DNA from: Candidatus Kaiserbacteria bacterium RIFCSPHIGHO2_01_FULL_55_37
Lineage (GTDB): Bacteria > Patescibacteriota > Minisyncoccia > Phycocordibacterales > UBA2100
NCBI GenBank assembly: GCA_001781175.1
Contig: MFKY01000023.1
Span: 363-40,182, forward strand
Direction of reading: 5' to 3'
DNA: 39,820 bases
Below the pieces are notes generated by a model, which was not told where the DNA came from, searched no databases, and saw only the letters and a program-made list of their open reading frames with translations. Below are positions 35,896-39,820 of the stretch, piece after piece. The position numbers and the translations under genes were made by a program. The stretch's first letter is position 1; every line of letters starts with the position of its first letter.

Positions 35896-37642
35896 TGTGT
35901 TCAGGGACGACCGCCGGTTGCTTGCGCACGCGTCCAAGGAAAGCCGTGCTCATCAGGAGCGCGCCGACGAGGAAAAAAGTAATAATGCGGCCGGTAATTT
36001 CCATCTGCCAAACGTCCACGATAAGCAAACGCGCTACCACGAACACGAGTAGCGTACCTCCGTATACCCGCAGGCCTTTGCGTGAGTGCGTTGCTCCTTC
36101 AATGTACGCCCAGATGCCGACTACGGTGTAAATAATGAGCGAGATCATCACGGCCATATCCGGATTTTGCGGCAATATGCTGTGCAGCGAGAGCCATATC
36201 ATGATGAAGGCATAACCGGACCCGGCGATGAGTATCGCATTGTTCGCACTGATGACCTCTTGTGAACCGGAGAGATGAGCCGACTTCCAGAATGCGCCGC
36301 CCAGCCCGAATAAAGTGAGCGTGAGTATTAATAGTACGAAGAAATGTTGATTCAATAGCGCAACCTGCCATTCGCTCGAGAGGATGCTCGGTATCGAAAG
36401 CATGGCGGGGCCGATGAGCAGCAGCATCGAGCGCTGCGCGGCCGCGACGTCGCGTGTGATGCCGAAGAGCACCGCGGCAACCGCAGCGGCTTCGAGCGTG
36501 TAAGCTATCGTGAGTACGGCACCATCCAGCTCGACTGCGGTTGCAGCCGCGATGTAGCCGACGCCTATTGCCGCGTACAGGTAGAGTGACTCCCGCTGTC
36601 CGCTCACACGGAACACCAGGAACGCTCCGACGACGAATGCCGCGGCCCATGCGGCCATGATAAGACTTTGGAATTCTGTCGGTGCGGCGAGGTATATCCA
36701 CGCAAGTAAGAAAATCGCGTTGCCCGCCGCCGTGACGAGGTCCGGCACGGCATCACTGCCCTTCAGACGCAGGAGTCCGGCCGTGTTTGTGATGTAGAAA
36801 ACGGCTCCGAATGCGTAGGCAAAGAGCAGCAGCGTCGCCCTGTCCGCACTTTCAAGTCCGACGAGGACGGGAAGGCTGTAGAGCGCGACTAGAACGAGCG
36901 CGGTGGTGGTCACCTCACGGTAGCCTTTCCATATCACTATCCATACCGCACCCAATACGACGATGAGCAAGTACCAGAAGAGGCCGATGTAGTCGGATGT
37001 CGGCGAATGAGCAAGTATAGGCGCGAGACCTGCAAGCGCGACGCTCGCAATAGCAAGTTGTTTGCGGTTGTACACACCGCTCGCGAGTGCCACGAACACC
37101 GACGTGACGAACATGAGGCCGAGTGCACTCGCCGGAGTAAAGAAATCATAGAAACTGCGCGCCGCGTAGGTCGTGAGCAATATCACGGTCGCGCCGAGGA
37201 CGACGAAAACGCTGCCCTGCGCGACATAGGCGCGCATTCGCCACCATCCGAGCGCCAAGATGAGAGCGCCGAGTCCGAGTCCGAGCGAGATGCGGCCCGC
37301 AGGTCCTATCCAGTTATTGAGGAACGCATATGTCGCAAGCCATCCGAATCCGATGAGAAGCAGCATCGCGCCGAGCTTGAGCAACCAGTTCTCCTTCATC
37401 CATTCTATAAAACGGCCGTCACCGGCAGGGGCTGGTGCCGCGGTAGGTACCGGCTGTGCCTGAACTCCCTGCGCTGTCGCCGCCTGCACCTGAGACGCGG
37501 GCATTGCGGTACTTGCAGAAGCGGACGCAGCCGGCACAACCGGCCTCTCTTTTATCTTTTTTTCGAGCTCAATGACGCGGCCGCGCAAGTTAAAAACCGC
37601 AATGAGGAGCGCGAGGACAATGAGTGTTTCCAGAAACCCCAT
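35888..37642 (-). CDS. DUF2339-like polytopic membrane protein
   Basis: ENWLLKLGA..IGFGW..AF.NNWIGP.GR; C-terminal RLLIVDVW..GRIITFFLVGALL. Confidence 0.82.
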   Translation of the reverse strand: MGFLETLIVLALLIAVFNLRGRVIELEKKIKERPVVPAASASASTAMPASQVQAATAQGVQAQPVPTAAPAPAGDGRFIEWMKENWLLKLGAMLLLIGFGWLATYAFLNNWIGPAGRISLGLGLGALILALGWWRMRAYVAQGSVFVVLGATVILLTTYAARSFYDFFTPASALGLMFVTSVFVALASGVYNRKQLAIASVALAGLAPILAHSPTSDYIGLFWYLLIVVLGAVWIVIWKGYREVTTTALVLVALYSLPVLVGLESADRATLLLFAYAFGAVFYITNTAGLLRLKGSDAVPDLVTAAGNAIFLLAWIYLAAPTEFQSLIMAAWAAAFVVGAFLVFRVSGQRESLYLYAAIGVGYIAAATAVELDGAVLTIAYTLEAAAVAAVLFGITRDVAAAQRSMLLLIGPAMLSIPSILSSEWQVALLNQHFFVLLILTLTLFGLGGAFWKSAHLSGSQEVISANNAILIAGSGYAFIMIWLSLHSILPQNPDMAVMISLIIYTVVGIWAYIEGATHSRKGLRVYGGTLLVFVVARLLIVDVWQMEITGRIITFFLVGALLMSTAFLGRVRKQPAVVPEHNV

Positions 37643-37707
37643 ATCTGTGCCTGCAGTATGCCACGCATACATGAAGACGCCATACGGCCCTGTTGACGAG
37701 ATTTCCC

Positions 37708-39447
37708 CTACTCCGTGATGACGCGGAGCACTTCTTCTATCGTCGTGATGCCCTGCACCGACTTGAAAAAGCCGTCTTCGCTCATCGTGAGCATGCCCTC
37801 ACTTCGCGCCTGTTTTTCGATAGCGTCTCCCGTTTCATTTTTCATGATGAGTTCTTTGATAGTAGAGGTCACGGGCAACACCTCGTAGATGCCCACGCGT
37901 CCGGAATAGCCGGAGGGCGTTTTGCCGTTTTCTTTCGGCTTGAAAAAAGGAATATTCTTCCACGTGGCGTCGGGAGGAACGGCTTTCTCTTCCTTAAGCG
38001 CTTTCAAGACGACACCCGGATCTATGACGTGTTCAAGTTGTGCCTGTTCGTCCCGCGAAAGTTCGTATTTTTCTTTGTCGGGAGAAAGTTTGCGCACGAG
38101 CCGTTGACCGATAATGACGCGCAGCGTGGAAACGAGCAGGAACGGCTCGATGCCCATGTCCAAAAGCCGCGCGACGGCGCCGGCGGCGGAATTCGTGTGC
38201 AACGTCGAGAGGACGAGGTGACCTGTGAGCGCGGCGTTCACCGCGAGCGAGGCGGTTTCTTTGTCGCGGATTTCGCCCACCATAACGATATCCGGGTCCT
38301 GACGCACGAGGGAACGAAGACCGTTGGCGAACGTGAATCCTATCTCGGGCCGCACCTGCGTCTGATTGACGCGCGCCATCTGATATTCGATAGGGTCTTC
38401 GATGGTCGAGATATTTACATCGGGCGTATTTACGATGTCGAGCAATGTGTAGAGCGTCGTCGATTTTCCGGCGCCGGTCGGCCCGGTCGTGAGAATCATG
38501 CCGGTCGTCTTGCGCATCGCCTCGTGCATGCGTTCAAGCCCGGTTCCGTGGAATCCGATAGATTCGAGCGTGAACCCCGAAATGGAATCGCGTAAAAGGC
38601 GCATGACGATTTTCTCGCCGTAGTAGGTCGGCAAAATGGAAACGCGGAACGATATTTTCTCTCCTCCGCTTTCCGCGCCGAACCGTCCGTCTTGCGGCAA
38701 GCGGTGTTCGTCGAGACGCATATTTGCGAGCACTTTGATGCGCGCGGTGATGGCCGCGGCGGCGTTCTTCGGAAGCTCCATCGCATCGTGCAAGATGCCG
38801 TCGATGCGGTACCGGATAAGGAGTGTTTGTTCGAGCGGCTCGATGTGGATGTCCGAAGCATTTTGCGCATTCGCGTGCCGTATCAAAGTATCGACGATGC
38901 GTACCGTGGGCGTACCTTCCGCTATCTCTTTGAGATTTTCTTCTTTCCCCGCCCCGGCGGCCTTTTCGAGTGCGGCCGTTTCGCGCCCGATGACATCTCC
39001 GAGGTTGTCTTTGAGGCCCTGTTGGTACTGCTTGAGCGCGGCCTTGATGGATGCCACGTCGGTCAGACGCGGCAGGATCTTGAGGTGGGTCTTCTTCTTG
39101 ATAAAATCTATCGCCGCGAGGTCGTCGGTATCGAGCATTGCCACCTCGAGCTCTTCGCCGCGATTGTTGTAAGCGATGATGTTGTTGCGGCGCGCGACCG
39201 GTTCGGGAATGAGGGACAGCACGTCAAGATTGATGGCGGTCCCTATAAGCGACACAAAGGGAATGCCGAGGATGTACGCGTACGTGCGGCGCAGCTCGTC
39301 CTCGCCTATCGCGCTGCGCGCTTTCAAAATATCGCCGACAGGCTGCCCCGATCTTTTTGCCTCCGCCTCCGCCGCGTCAAAATCCTTCGCCGAGACAAGC
39401 CCCGCATCGGCGAGGAATGATTTGAGATGTGTGTCCGAGATGTACAT
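37708..39447 (-). CDS. pilB: Type IV pilus assembly ATPase (PilB/GspE)
   Basis: ASDIHIEP, PQDGRF, GPTGAGKST, TIEDPIE, RQDPD..VGEIRD, TGHLVLSTLHTN. Confidence 0.95.
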   Translation of the reverse strand: MYISDTHLKSFLADAGLVSAKDFDAAEAEAKRSGQPVGDILKARSAIGEDELRRTYAYILGIPFVSLIGTAINLDVLSLIPEPVARRNNIIAYNNRGEELEVAMLDTDDLAAIDFIKKKTHLKILPRLTDVASIKAALKQYQQGLKDNLGDVIGRETAALEKAAGAGKEENLKEIAEGTPTVRIVDTLIRHANAQNASDIHIEPLEQTLLIRYRIDGILHDAMELPKNAAAAITARIKVLANMRLDEHRLPQDGRFGAESGGEKISFRVSILPTYYGEKIVMRLLRDSISGFTLESIGFHGTGLERMHEAMRKTTGMILTTGPTGAGKSTTLYTLLDIVNTPDVNISTIEDPIEYQMARVNQTQVRPEIGFTFANGLRSLVRQDPDIVMVGEIRDKETASLAVNAALTGHLVLSTLHTNSAAGAVARLLDMGIEPFLLVSTLRVIIGQRLVRKLSPDKEKYELSRDEQAQLEHVIDPGVVLKALKEEKAVPPDATWKNIPFFKPKENGKTPSGYSGRVGIYEVLPVTSTIKELIMKNETGDAIEKQARSEGMLTMSEDGFFKSVQGITTIEEVLRVITE

Positions 39448-39579
39448 ATCTCTAATAGTATATCAGCGCTTTAGTGCAGATTCCTTGGAAAAAGGCTGTT
39501 TTCTGTGAACGGGCGAGCTACCCTTGACATGAGGCAAGAAATATTATAGAAAAGTGCGGGGGATGATAGGAGAACTAAG

Positions 39580-39820
39580 ATGAAAGAACTCTTACTATCC
39601 ATGGGCATTAAGTTGCCCGAACAATCTATCCCACATTTCCATGTCCCGGAAGGGGTGTGGATTCTCGCGGCTGCCGTCGTTCTCGGAGCGGTTGCATGGG
39701 CGGCGATACACCATCGCCTCCGCACCCGCTTCGTCGGAACACACCTCCGCCGCCTGCTGAAAAGCGGTGTGGTAACGGCAATTCATTGGGATGGCGACAC
39801 AAAGACGTTGTTTGTCGTCG
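39580..39820 (+). CDS. Hypothetical membrane protein, truncated by the window edge
   Basis: Open frame MKELLLSMG...WILAAAVVLGAVAWAAI...; AGGAG at 39568; TTGACA at 39524. Confidence 0.6.
   Translation, partial: MKELLLSMGIKLPEQSIPHFHVPEGVWILAAAVVLGAVAWAAIHHRLRTRFVGTHLRRLLKSGVVTAIHWDGDTKTLFVV

Noticed and set aside
37693..39420. Long antisense ORFs over pilB (and similarly over fusA, TSP3 and DUF2339 genes)
   Set aside because: Shadow frames expected from GC-rich codon usage; no motifs recognised.
1..39820. tRNA, rRNA, tmRNA, integrase or phage genes; alternative genetic code
   Set aside because: None recognised by eye. TGA terminates apparently complete genes (e.g. 11440, 18406), consistent with code 11.

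Overview
Bacterial chromosomal DNA, most likely from a Patescibacteria (CPR, Parcubacteria-like) genome; this taxonomy is inferred from gene content and protein style. Nearly all core genes are on the minus strand. From right to left: a type IV pilus locus (pilB-like ATPase, DUF2339-like and thrombospondin-3-repeat genes, pilC, three minor pilins), tpiA-pgk, HIT, recJ-rnhA-comEC, SOD, a separate ComEC-type metallo-beta-lactamase gene, rpmB, a site-2 protease, rpsL-rpsG-(inserted genes)-fusA, and about 12 kb of modular secreted surface-protein genes with an IS remnant. The strongest unexplained signal is repeated copies of core-gene 3' ends bracketing accessory genes: the last 36 bp of rpsG occurs three times, and a pilB end copy follows the DUF2339/TSP3 genes. 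This suggests cassette accretion at gene ends, with no integrase in the window. Other signals are in-frame palindromic insertions (tpiA, recJ, a pilin leader, a dead rnhA 5' remnant), a twice-occurring ~105-bp IR-bounded element, two rod-like ncRNA candidates, and frequent leaderless-type promoters. All family assignments come from motif recognition by eye; no database searches were run.
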